Assembly: GCA_964597365.1 (NCBI GenBank)
Contig: CAZQXW010000007.1
Span: forward strand, 2,268 to 66,267
DNA from: an uncultured Thermoplasmatales archaeon
GTDB taxonomy: Archaea > Thermoplasmatota > E2 > DHVEG-1
DNA length: 64,000 bases
Direction: 5' to 3'
Below are positions 35,652 to 44,047 of this stretch, piece by piece; position 1 is the first letter of the stretch, and each line of letters starts with the position of its first letter. Both the position numbers and the translations under genes were made by a program. A model generated the notes under the pieces. That model did no database searches. It had not been told where the DNA came from and was given only the letters and a program-made list of their open reading frames with translations.

Positions 35652-36749
35652 TCAGCGGGATTTTCTTACAACAGATTTGATGTCCAGCCGATCCACACCT
35701 TTCCGCTCTTCCAATCGAGTCTGATCCTTCTCAGTTCCTCGGATCATCTTGTCGATTCCCTTACTCCGAGCCATACCGCTCAAGAGCAGATGAACCTGCA
35801 TCTCGTTAATCCGAGAATTGTAGTAGCTGGTACGGATCACGGAGGGAGCGTGCCGAGTAGCCTTGCTTACCGCAGCAAAGACCTCCTCCACAAAATCCCC
35901 TATCCACGGGCGCTTCTGCCACATCATTGGCACCCCTATCGAGACAACGTATTGCTTGGTTGTCTTGATATCGAGAGAACCAAAGATCAAGCTCGACTCA
36001 CGAATAGCTCGCATAAGCCCGCCGTCCTCGGTTACCCGATCCGGGAACACCATACGGCGAAGGTCGATGTAGCCGTTCTGAGCGAAGAGAATCCTTCGAA
36101 GGTCATTCGCGTCGAGAGCCTTGTATCCCGAGGAGACATCAATGAAATCGCTGAACCGCTCCAGCTGCGTAAGCATGTAGAAGCGTTTTAGACTGGTAAC
36201 AATTCCAGCGTTGACACTGCCCCAGTAGTTACCGTCCCCTCTCCCGTACCGCTGCATACAGAAGTCGTTATCGATGAGCATGGTCGATATGCGCTCTTTC
36301 TGGATGTACTCTTTGACCAGACGGTCAAGCCCTTCTAAAGCGTTCGGCTTCGTTGGGAGACCTTCTCGCTTCTCTGGCAACGTGTAAATCACCAGAACAC
36401 GCTTTTCCTCAGCAAGCAGACAGTCAAGCACCGGAAACAGGAACCCTGTACCGGCTCCCCCACCACCCCCAACACAGACCAGAACAGTCTTGGCTGAAGG
36501 AAAATCCTTTCGCTGGTGTAGAAAGTCTACGATCTTCTGGTACTCATTTCGGGCGGCCATCTCCCCAAACTTCGGGTCTCGGCCGGTACCTCCATGTTCG
36601 AACACCAGACGCTCGTATCTACCGAACCCCATGTGTGCAAAGTCGATACCAGCAAGGTTCATCACCACGGCGGGCGATCCCATACCTTCCTTGACCGCTT
36701 TCGCAATGCGACCACCACCCTGACCCAGCCCTATTACGAATTCAAACAT
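35652..36749 (-). CDS. tubulin/FtsZ-family GTPase (TubZ/PhuZ/CetZ-like)
   Basis: IGLGQGGGRIA (T1), GGTGRDPKFG (T3), GGGGGAGTG (T4 signature), TLPEKREG (T5), LIDND (T6), ALDAND (T7). Confidence 0.92.
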   Translation of the reverse strand: MFEFVIGLGQGGGRIAKAVKEGMGSPAVVMNLAGIDFAHMGFGRYERLVFEHGGTGRDPKFGEMAARNEYQKIVDFLHQRKDFPSAKTVLVCVGGGGGAGTGFLFPVLDCLLAEEKRVLVIYTLPEKREGLPTKPNALEGLDRLVKEYIQKERISTMLIDNDFCMQRYGRGDGNYWGSVNAGIVTSLKRFYMLTQLERFSDFIDVSSGYKALDANDLRRILFAQNGYIDLRRMVFPDRVTEDGGLMRAIRESSLIFGSLDIKTTKQYVVSIGVPMMWQKRPWIGDFVEEVFAAVSKATRHAPSVIRTSYYNSRINEMQVHLLLSGMARSKGIDKMIRGTEKDQTRLEERKGVDRLDIKSVVRKSR

Positions 36750-37566
36750 TGAACTTCTCCTTAAAGAAGGCAATCACCCCTTCCAACCCTTCAACCACGG
36801 CCTTCGCCGTCGACTTATTGTTCTTCACAACCGTCGGGGAGAGGTTGGTAGCCATGAGAGGAGAAAGCTCCTTGAGGTCTTTCTTGATGATGTCGAGAAC
36901 CTTCTTAATTGACTCGGTCTCGCTGATCTCCTTTCGAAGAGCCGCCTGCTGCTTCTTGAGGTCCTTGAGCTTGGCCTCTTCTTCCTCGGTGAGATTCGAC
37001 TGACTTTTGAGCTTACCAACTTGCTCGGTCAGGCGCTCGATTTCAGCGTTCATCTCGCGCTCCATCTCATCATGGGTGTCGTCGGCTATCTTGGTGACCT
37101 CCTTGATCTTCTTGTTAAGCTCATCCTCGGTGTAGAGCTTCTTAGACGGCTCTGGGTCCTCGACAACCGCCTCTTCGGTCCCGTCGGAAAGCAACGCAAT
37201 CGCCCGACGGAGCGAGGGCAAATCGGCAACGCGTTGCCGATTTCGAGCGGCACGCATGTAATTCCGAGCCTCGCTCTCACCAAACGGAAGGTTCTCCTTG
37301 ATCCACGGAATCCACTCACCGTGCTTGAGTTCTTCCTTCTGAGCGATTAGCTCATTCCCGATCTCAATGAAAATGGGAGTAAGCTCCTCAACCGCCTTAC
37401 CAGCGATCCCCTCAGCCTTCTCATACAGCTTGTTGATCTTGTCTGCCCGAGAGACGGCCTTCGGTTTCTGAGAAGTCTTGCGCTTGGTTGCTGCCTTAGA
37501 CGCCTTTTCCGGCTCCGGGGAGAATACCTCTACCCCTTCAACACTCTTCGACTTTGAACTCGCCAT
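36742..37566 (-). CDS. DUF3102 domain DNA-binding protein with C-terminal coiled coil
   Basis: IEIGNELIAQKEELKHGEWIPWIKENLPFGESEARNYMR. Confidence 0.8.
   Translation of the reverse strand: MASSKSKSVEGVEVFSPEPEKASKAATKRKTSQKPKAVSRADKINKLYEKAEGIAGKAVEELTPIFIEIGNELIAQKEELKHGEWIPWIKENLPFGESEARNYMRAARNRQRVADLPSLRRAIALLSDGTEEAVVEDPEPSKKLYTEDELNKKIKEVTKIADDTHDEMEREMNAEIERLTEQVGKLKSQSNLTEEEEAKLKDLKKQQAALRKEISETESIKKVLDIIKKDLKELSPLMATNLSPTVVKNNKSTAKAVVEGLEGVIAFFKEKFNV
37211..37244. repeat. 34-bp sequence containing a 24-bp perfect palindrome, copy A (inside DUF3102 gene)
   Basis: AAATCGGCAACG-CGTTGCCGATTT at 37220-37243; exact reverse complement of 42848-42881. Confidence 0.95.
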
Positions 37567-38470
37567 AGTATTCCTCCACCTGCTCCGGTGTCATAGAATT
37601 AGGATCGGCCTCCTCGGGCAACTGTACGGTGATAGTGGGGACGTGACGACTCAATGTCGTCAATGCTCCAACACGCTTCTCATCACCGTACATCGCCCGC
37701 TGACCTGCCTCATCACCGTCGTAGCTAAGCACAACGCGCTTAGAGTATCGCCGAAGTTGTAACACCTTATCCGGCGTCATCTCCATCGTCCCCATGTTCG
37801 CTACAGCGGCAATCCCGAACTGTTGAAGGTAGATCGCATCGAACTCACCTTCTACGACAACGGTACATAATCGTATTCCCGGCCACTTTCTTACAGCCTG
37901 TCTCATTCCAAACAACGTTCGGTGTGGAGACCTGCTCTTCTTTGTCTTCGGAAGCATCCCTTTGGGAATGGCTCTTCCTACATAGGAAACCAGCTTACCT
38001 TCCGGGGTGTAGATCGGGATCACCACCCGGTCATGATACTTACGAACACCCACTCGCATATCAAACTCTCGGATCATCTGAGGAGAGATTCCCCGACCCA
38101 TCACATACTCCCACGCAGGAGAGCCTTCGACCACCTTCGGATAGATTTTATGGAACGACTTCACATTGAAGTACTTGAACGTATCCTCATCTTCATGAAG
38201 GTGCTTTCGAATCCGATTCTCCATATCGAGTACGGAGTCATCCTGTCGGGTTAGACGCCACGCAGAATAGTTCGAGATGTCGAGAGCCTTAGCGAGAAAG
38301 TCGGCAAGCGAGCCCTCTTCCTGACAAGCAAAGCACTTGAAATATCCCGTGTCCGCCCAGATTCCACAAGAGGGAACAGTGTCCTCATGGAACGGGCATA
38401 GAGCCATCAACCGCTTCCCGTGATCCTCGTACTCGATGTCGTTGTCTTGCAGAATCTGCTCAACATCCAT
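37538..38470 (-). CDS. dnaG: DNA primase (CHC2 Zn finger + TOPRIM)
   Basis: CPFHED...CFAC; VVEGEFD; YDGDEAG. Confidence 0.92.
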   Translation of the reverse strand: MDVEQILQDNDIEYEDHGKRLMALCPFHEDTVPSCGIWADTGYFKCFACQEEGSLADFLAKALDISNYSAWRLTRQDDSVLDMENRIRKHLHEDEDTFKYFNVKSFHKIYPKVVEGSPAWEYVMGRGISPQMIREFDMRVGVRKYHDRVVIPIYTPEGKLVSYVGRAIPKGMLPKTKKSRSPHRTLFGMRQAVRKWPGIRLCTVVVEGEFDAIYLQQFGIAAVANMGTMEMTPDKVLQLRRYSKRVVLSYDGDEAGQRAMYGDEKRVGALTTLSRHVPTITVQLPEEADPNSMTPEQVEEYYGEFKVEEC

Positions 38471-38471
38471 C

Positions 38472-38807
38472 TCAACCCTCGATATCCTCATCCAAATCAG
38501 ATTCCGTGAACTCTTCTTCCGACATGATCAACGAAGATACCATAGAAAGAATCTCGCTCCGGGTGTTCTCATTCACCCCCGAGCTATCCATGACGGTTAT
38601 GAGCCCTTCAGTAAGGTCTTCAAGCGCGATGAGTAGGTTCTCAAGAATCGTCACCGATGCAATGTCAAACTGCCACCGGGCAATACACCCAGAAACGGCG
38701 GTCCTCAGCTTTGGGTCGGGTATAGCCTCTGCGTAATCTTCAGTCGTCATCGGAAAGATGTCTGCCGGGTAAGGATTTCTCGGCCACCAATATGGTATGT
38801 TACTCAT
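38472..38807 (-). CDS. hypothetical protein
   Basis: Packed between helicase and primase. Confidence 0.6.
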   Translation of the reverse strand: MSNIPYWWPRNPYPADIFPMTTEDYAEAIPDPKLRTAVSGCIARWQFDIASVTILENLLIALEDLTEGLITVMDSSGVNENTRSEILSMVSSLIMSEEEFTESDLDEDIEG

Positions 38808-40318
38808 GATTTCCTCCTTTGCCTTGGCTTCGGTTTTGTCTTCCGAGCCTTTCGCTCCATCTCAACTACATTATCTTTGAGGTCCGCCAACGACGCAGTC
38901 TTCTTGACCTCCTCATGGAGACGCATAATTGACAGGTTCGGAGTCAGACGGATCGGTCTTGTCGGCACATCAGCGTTACGCATCTTAATCACCTGTAGCT
39001 TCATCCGACCCTCAACCAAATCCTTGTCCGTCTGAATGAGCGCAATGATCACCGGCGCTGCTTCGCTGATCGCCCGTGCGTACTTTGCATCCTGCGCATC
39101 GTACAATTCCTTATCATAGGCATCATCACGTACCTGACCTGCCGTCCAGCCCCCAATGTTCCGGTCCGAGCATAGCCCCTTGAAATCCCAAACCGCCTCT
39201 GACTGATCTTTAGCATCGCTACGTCCTCGCGTAACTGGGTCCACAATATTGATGTAATCGAGAAAGACCGCGCCAAGTTTCTCTCCGGTCTCCTCCTCGA
39301 TCCGGGTCATATCTCGATCCAGATCATCGATGGTAAACCGTCTCGGATAGCTGGCTATGTAGAACCTATTATCCTTCATAGCTCGGTACTGGATGATCGT
39401 GTTCTCCCACTTTTTGTAATCTTCTTCAGAAAGCTCTGCCGTCCTGAACTTCATGCCGGGGATTCTGGTAAGTCTTGCATCCACCCGAAAAGCAAGCTCT
39501 TCAATAGACATCTCTCCAGAACCAACAAACACATTATGCCCGTGTTCCCACGCATTCGCCGCAAACTCGATCAGCCCCGCTGTCTTACCTACCCCAGTCA
39601 CTCCGAGTATAACCCCGAACTCTTTTGGCATGAGACCGCCTGTAAGACGGTCGAACATAGGTATTCCTGTATGGATACCCACCTCACCATCTTCACTCGC
39701 ATCGACCGCCTGCTCCTTCTCCCGCATAACCTCAACGCGACGGTCATAATGCTCCAAGTAGTCGACCGTATTTTCGGTATCATTCAACCGAGCTTCCCGA
39801 GCCACTGACAAGAGTTTGGTCTTTGCTGACTGCAAATCGAACTGACGTATAGTACCAATCACCTGTCCACAAGCTTTGAGCACCCGTCTCGATTCATAAA
39901 GGTTCAACAGTTGGGACATCATATGCCGAACGGTCTTCTCATTGATCGGAGCAACGTTCACCTCGAACAACTGGTCAAGAGCTTCCTCAAATAATCCCCG
40001 CTCCTTCTGGGACATCAATCCCCGGCTCTTCAACTCATTCAAGATCATTGCCCGAGACAACACAATCCGAAGATCGCTGGCTACATCAAACACATCCTGT
40101 AAGAGGATGTCAGAAAACCACAACTTCTCGACCATACCTAACACAGAAGGGTTTTCCCGAATACCGTAAGCAAGGAGTTGATACTCGATCTCAGGGTCCC
40201 TGAAGTCTGCTGCCCTTTCTTCGATGTCTTTGTCGATAGGCTTACTGTTGCTTGGCTTTTTCCCAGTCAAGGGTTTCCTCCTGCTGTTCCCTATCTCGCA
40301 GAATGTTAGCGGATTCAA
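38804..40318 (-). CDS. dnaB: replicative DnaB-like helicase
   Basis: GVTGVGKT, SGEMS, VFLDYINI, TAGQV, KMRN. Confidence 0.92.
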   Translation of the reverse strand: MNPLTFCEIGNSRRKPLTGKKPSNSKPIDKDIEERAADFRDPEIEYQLLAYGIRENPSVLGMVEKLWFSDILLQDVFDVASDLRIVLSRAMILNELKSRGLMSQKERGLFEEALDQLFEVNVAPINEKTVRHMMSQLLNLYESRRVLKACGQVIGTIRQFDLQSAKTKLLSVAREARLNDTENTVDYLEHYDRRVEVMREKEQAVDASEDGEVGIHTGIPMFDRLTGGLMPKEFGVILGVTGVGKTAGLIEFAANAWEHGHNVFVGSGEMSIEELAFRVDARLTRIPGMKFRTAELSEEDYKKWENTIIQYRAMKDNRFYIASYPRRFTIDDLDRDMTRIEEETGEKLGAVFLDYINIVDPVTRGRSDAKDQSEAVWDFKGLCSDRNIGGWTAGQVRDDAYDKELYDAQDAKYARAISEAAPVIIALIQTDKDLVEGRMKLQVIKMRNADVPTRPIRLTPNLSIMRLHEEVKKTASLADLKDNVVEMERKARKTKPKPRQRRKS

Positions 40319-41051
40319 GTATGTGAGAGTTCCAATAATCTACCTCAGAATCCAATCGAGACATCCAATCAGCTGACTGTGTGTTCCGATAGTCCTCCCC
40401 CAACAGAGCAAGAAAGCGCAGATGTCCTCGAAGCATTGACATCGTAGATTCGCCAAACATCTTCGTTAAATCTTCCTCAGAAAGATTCGTACAGATGATA
40501 AAAGCAACCCCACGACTGATCATTCTACGAACGAACTCCTCCAGAGTCTTTGAAACGAAGTTCGAGTTCTGGGCGATGTACACCTTATCCAACTCATCCA
40601 GTAGGAGAATCTCTCCCGACTCATACTCTTCGAGAAGCTCGGTGTCCTTCGCCTTCACCGCCTCAACGTATTGCTGAGCCGTGAAGTACTGAACGGAATA
40701 CCCTTTCACAATCGCACGCTTTCCTATAGCGCACTGCAACGAAGTCTTCCCTCGACCATTAGGACCCATGAACAGAATCCCCAGAGACTTCTTCGTAGCG
40801 GCCCGAAGCTTGTCAGTGTAGTGCTTAGATACCGCAACAACACTCTTCGGCTTGACCTCGGTAAGGTCGTCAAAAGAAAGCTCCCAGTACTCAGTAGGAA
40901 TCTTGGATTCGATCAGGAAGTTCAGATAGTGTTGGATGATCCGGCAATCACACAGATTCCCATCAACCAACCCAGAACCTCCACACACCTCACACTGATC
41001 AACAAGCTCCTCTCTGAGGTCAACCATGCGATCAAGAATCTTTCTTCGCAT
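40242..41051 (-). CDS. DnaC/IstB-like helicase loader ATPase
   Basis: CEVC..C.C Zn; GPNGRGKT; LLLDELD; ICTNLS. Confidence 0.85.
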   Translation of the reverse strand: MRRKILDRMVDLREELVDQCEVCGGSGLVDGNLCDCRIIQHYLNFLIESKIPTEYWELSFDDLTEVKPKSVVAVSKHYTDKLRAATKKSLGILFMGPNGRGKTSLQCAIGKRAIVKGYSVQYFTAQQYVEAVKAKDTELLEEYESGEILLLDELDKVYIAQNSNFVSKTLEEFVRRMISRGVAFIICTNLSEEDLTKMFGESTMSMLRGHLRFLALLGEDYRNTQSADWMSRLDSEVDYWNSHILESANILRDREQQEETLDWEKAKQQ

Positions 41052-41814
41052 TTATCCTCTCCAGTTCTGCGGTAAGCACCTTGTCTTGCTCCTCCACCAA
41101 ACGGCGGTAACCGTCATCGTTCTCCAGATTGCTGGAAGTATTCAAGTAGGAGTCTGTCTTTCCTTCAAGTTCTTCATCCTTGAACTCCTCCACCATCGCC
41201 GGGTACAGAAACAGACCGTAGTTGAACTTCTTCCGAGGGTACTTATTCACTCGGTACCACTTGCAGTACTTATCAAAGTCAACCTCATCCATCAGCTGGA
41301 TCAGTTTTGAAAACCCGTGGTGCTTTGTAAGAAATACTGGGTTGATCTTATTCTTTGGAAAGTACTTCAAGAGGATAGCTTCTGCTTTCTTCCAATCCTC
41401 ATCCTCAAGAATATCCTCCAGAGACCAGTTTCTTCCCTTTCCTCCAGTGGAGGATTTTTCCAAATTGATATCGCCCGGTCCCTCTTTCTTCTTATTCTCT
41501 TCTCTTCTAATATTGTAAGAGTCATACAAGATTAGAATAGACTGGGCGATATCAATTTGGAAAATATTCTTTACCTCAACAACAATTCTCCTGCCTTTTT
41601 TGTGGGTGGTGGTGATAAACCCGGTCCTCTCCAAGGTGTCTCGGGCAGCTTTGATCGTGTGCGGGCTCCTGATATTGGTACCCTCTTTGATCTCAGCCAT
41701 CGTAGGAGCATCCTGTCCATGGTCTTCAAAGTAGCTGAATAGAACTAACAATTCGAAGTGCTCAGATTCTACCGCAAGCTCTCTCAGCAATGTTCGGGTC
41801 TTGGACGAGATCAA
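41032..41814 (-). CDS. probable replication initiator
   Basis: N-terminal winged HTH (PTMAEIKEGTNIRSPHTIKAARDTLERTGFI), directly upstream of loader and helicase, internal IR + AT-rich tract. Confidence 0.6.
   Translation of the reverse strand: MISSKTRTLLRELAVESEHFELLVLFSYFEDHGQDAPTMAEIKEGTNIRSPHTIKAARDTLERTGFITTTHKKGRRIVVEVKNIFQIDIAQSILILYDSYNIRREENKKKEGPGDINLEKSSTGGKGRNWSLEDILEDEDWKKAEAILLKYFPKNKINPVFLTKHHGFSKLIQLMDEVDFDKYCKWYRVNKYPRKKFNYGLFLYPAMVEEFKDEELEGKTDSYLNTSSNLENDDGYRRLVEEQDKVLTAELERINAKKDS
41456..41564. other. candidate replication origin: 25-bp inverted repeat around AT-rich 59-bp spacer
   Basis: TTTTCCAAATTGATATCGCCCGGTC ... GACTGGGCGATATCAATTTGGAAAA (24/25); spacer 17/59 GC. 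Confidence 0.6.
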
Positions 41815-42173
41815 AGTAAATCCTCTTCTGCCGATATGGATGGAGGAGCCTCCTGCGGAATGAATACAGGAGCGTCTATGTCTGTGCTTGAGCTTCTTCG
41901 TCTTCGAGGGTTCTGGTACATTCCGCTGAATGAGGTGTACACCAGATTCTCAGCAGTACCTTTACCGATCCGAGGATCGTGCTCTACCAAAGCCCGAGCA
42001 GCCTGTCGCTTGTTCATACCTTCCAGAAGACAGTCTTCAAGAAACTCAATCCTCTGCATAGTAAGCGTCATACTGTTGCGGTCTTCCTGATACGCCTCCC
42101 CGAGTTCGTTAATGTCCTCCAAGGAGCGAGAGTCTATAACCTGTTCTATTGCCTGTCGGAGTCGTTTTGTCAT
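41811..42173 (-). CDS. hypothetical protein
   Basis: Packed ORF. Confidence 0.6.
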   Translation of the reverse strand: MTKRLRQAIEQVIDSRSLEDINELGEAYQEDRNSMTLTMQRIEFLEDCLLEGMNKRQAARALVEHDPRIGKGTAENLVYTSFSGMYQNPRRRRSSSTDIDAPVFIPQEAPPSISAEEDLL

Positions 42174-42192
42174 TGCGTACCTCTACGGTACA

Positions 42193-42777
42193 TCATCGTA
42201 CAGGAGCAAGATTTCTTACAGCATCTGCGTTGAAAACTCGACTTCGGATCACATATAGATAGTTGGTAGTAACGCCCAGTTCTTCTGCTGCTTCTTTCGT
42301 TGAATAACCTTTCCGCAGAAGCCGGAACCAACGAAAAGCCACAACGTATTGTGCGGCCTTTTCTGCTTCGGCTTCAAGAGATTTCTCGATCCGGTCAAGC
42401 GCATCGGATACTTCAATCTCTTCAAATCCGGGATCGTGTGCGAAGTACTTCTGTACGATCCCTTGGTATACCGGGTCGTCGCTATCGATTGAGTTTGGAT
42501 CAAATCTCATGATCGATTCGTTGAAGGGTAGCTTTCGGTATCTACCATCTATCAAGTGCCCATACTTCGATTGAGCCGCTGACTTGGCAAATACAAGAAA
42601 GCTCGTTTTGTCGTCGTATTTGGGGAGAGCTTTGATGACGGCTTCCCATAACTCCTGTTCAGCGTCCTCTTTATCCATCGTGTGAGGAAACCTGCGAGCC
42701 AACTTGTTTGCTTGGATTCCGATAAATGCTTTGAGGTCCTCATTCTCGAAGACTTGTGTACAGACTGAACTTGACAT
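42193..42777 (-). CDS. RNA polymerase sigma factor (sigma70-family, ECF-like)
   Basis: DKEDAEQELWEAVIKALPKYD region 2; YSTKEAAEELGVTTNYL region 4 HTH. Confidence 0.8.
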   Translation of the reverse strand: MSSSVCTQVFENEDLKAFIGIQANKLARRFPHTMDKEDAEQELWEAVIKALPKYDDKTSFLVFAKSAAQSKYGHLIDGRYRKLPFNESIMRFDPNSIDSDDPVYQGIVQKYFAHDPGFEEIEVSDALDRIEKSLEAEAEKAAQYVVAFRWFRLLRKGYSTKEAAEELGVTTNYLYVIRSRVFNADAVRNLAPVR

Positions 42778-42809
42778 GGCATCCTACCTCCATAAAGTTG
42801 TTCTACTAA

Positions 42810-42838
42810 ATCTTAGCAGATCATGCCAGTTGTGTCAA
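42810..42838 (-). promoter_or_regulatory. sigma70-type promoter of replication operon
   Basis: TTGACA (42833-42838), 17-bp spacer, TAAGAT (42810-42815). Confidence 0.75.
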
Positions 42839-42847
42839 GTTGTATTT

Positions 42848-42881
42848 GAAATCGGCAACGCGTTGCCGATTTGCCCTCGCT
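42848..42881. repeat. 34-bp palindrome-containing sequence, copy B (10 bp upstream of -35)
   Basis: Palindrome 42849-42872; inverted copy of 37211-37244. Confidence 0.95.
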
Positions 42882-42882
42882 T

Positions 42883-42946
42883 AAAAATGGGGTGACCCGC
42901 CGAAACGAGCCACCCCGGAGAAGAGAAGAGACGCCTCCGAAGAGGC
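42883..42946 (-). terminator. terminator of late/lysis transcript
   Basis: CGCCUC-UUCG-GAGGCG then GGGGUGGC...GUCACCCC-AUUUUU. Confidence 0.7.
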
Positions 42947-42951
42947 GACGT

Positions 42952-43524
42952 TTATCTTGATAATGCCTGCACCCCGATCACGATGGCTTCAAGAACAGCT
43001 ACACCTATTGCGATCCCCACCCCCCACTTTAGGAGTGCCTCCCTGTGCTCATACCCTTGGACGAGATTTTCTATCTCAGCTACATGAGACTCCTCATTCT
43101 CCTCCAACTGTTGGGTCGTACTTTTCAAGGATTCCGAGACCTCGGTCAATTGACTCTCCAAGAAGTCGATTCGACTCTGCAATGCTTCCTGCTCCCTCTG
43201 CGCTGCTGTCAAGCGCCTCTCCAAGCGATTGATTCTCTGCTCTAAGTTGCTGCGCAATCGTTCGGCTTCTTCCAAGCTCAGATTCAAGTCGACTATTATC
43301 TGCTCGGAGTTCGCGTAGTTCTGCTTGGCTTCGCTCAAGCTCTGCTGCAAGGCGCTGATTTCCAGATTGGAGTTCGCCAACAGTGCCTTCGAGGTTAGCA
43401 ATTCTTCCTTGAGCATGTTGTAGTCTTCCAATGACATCGCTATAGTCTGCCCGAAGCCGCTCAATGGTAGCATCAGCAGCATCGCGATCAGCACCCCAAT
43501 CGAGACGAACCTTGATCGAATCAT
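42952..43524 (-). CDS. coiled-coil envelope protein, o-spanin-like (signal peptide + C-terminal TM, no lipobox Cys)
   Basis: Signal peptide, long heptad repeat, C-terminal hydrophobic helix; ATGA-coupled to holin. Confidence 0.6.
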   Translation of the reverse strand: MIRSRFVSIGVLIAMLLMLPLSGFGQTIAMSLEDYNMLKEELLTSKALLANSNLEISALQQSLSEAKQNYANSEQIIVDLNLSLEEAERLRSNLEQRINRLERRLTAAQREQEALQSRIDFLESQLTEVSESLKSTTQQLEENEESHVAEIENLVQGYEHREALLKWGVGIAIGVAVLEAIVIGVQALSR

Positions 43525-43588
43525 AAACCGCCACCCCCAGAGCGAGAACTATCAACACTACCAGTGCTTTCCACATCCACCCGTTCAT
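43094..43588 (-). CDS. i-spanin (Rz)-like protein
   Basis: AAGGAGGT SD, N-terminal TM, periplasmic coiled coil; overprinted on 42952..43524. Confidence 0.6.
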   Translation of the reverse strand: MNGWMWKALVVLIVLALGVAVYDSIKVRLDWGADRDAADATIERLRADYSDVIGRLQHAQGRIANLEGTVGELQSGNQRLAAELERSQAELRELRADNSRLESELGRSRTIAQQLRAENQSLGEALDSSAEGAGSIAESNRLLGESIDRGLGILEKYDPTVGGE

Positions 43589-43895
43589 GTGTAGTTGTAC
43601 CTCCTTGTCCATTGGTTATGACTTGTCTTTCTCGAACCTCACTTCGCTGTTGAACCATCTTGAATGCCTGCCCACCTGCGGCGAGACCTGCTCCTCCCGA
43701 AACAACCAGAACCAAACTACCGATGAGTTGGAGAAGCACATTCGCATTTTCGGAACCCTGCGTGATCTTTACCATAGCGATGCTGATCAGAACCATACCC
43801 CAAATCACCATCAAGGCCCCGAGAGTAAACCCAAGGAAAGCGAGCAGTCTCATCATAGATCGGTTGCCCGGTTCGCGTTCAAAGAAACCCGTCAT
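43521..43895 (-). CDS. holin-like membrane protein
   Basis: Two TMs, SMMRLLAFLG motif, position between fibres and spanin-like genes. Confidence 0.65.
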   Translation of the reverse strand: MTGFFEREPGNRSMMRLLAFLGFTLGALMVIWGMVLISIAMVKITQGSENANVLLQLIGSLVLVVSGGAGLAAGGQAFKMVQQRSEVRERQVITNGQGGTTTHERVDVESTGSVDSSRSGGGGL

Positions 43896-43952
43896 CTCTA
43901 TCTCCCCTTCTTCTCTCGTATTATACTCTCACCCACGCATCTTTCGTTGTAG

Positions 43953-43997
43953 CTACCCCTGACTTGTCTTTATTCCTCTACTGTCTGATAGGTTCAT
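43953..43997 (-). pseudogene. 14-codon remnant of a third tail-fibre gene 5' end
   Basis: MNLSDSRGIKTSQG* with GAGGGG SD; 19 bp identical to 45624-45642 (start of fibre 2). Confidence 0.7.
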
Positions 43998-44047
43998 TCT
44001 GTTATCCCCTCATTAAACCCATAATTCATCATACCACCCCGATTATC

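Noticed and set aside
35652-36749. Nucleus-forming (chimallin/PhuZ) jumbo phage
   Set aside because: No chimallin or multisubunit phage RNAP genes seen; early promoters are host sigma70-type. Rest of genome unseen.
18796-40318. Inteins or introns in terL, polA, recA, dnaB
   Set aside because: Continuous ORFs of ordinary length with no splice-junction or homing endonuclease motifs noticed.
37211-42881. 34-bp inverted repeats as an invertible segment
   Set aside because: Inversion would break the DUF3102 gene and flip essential replication genes; core is symmetric and no recombinase is nearby.
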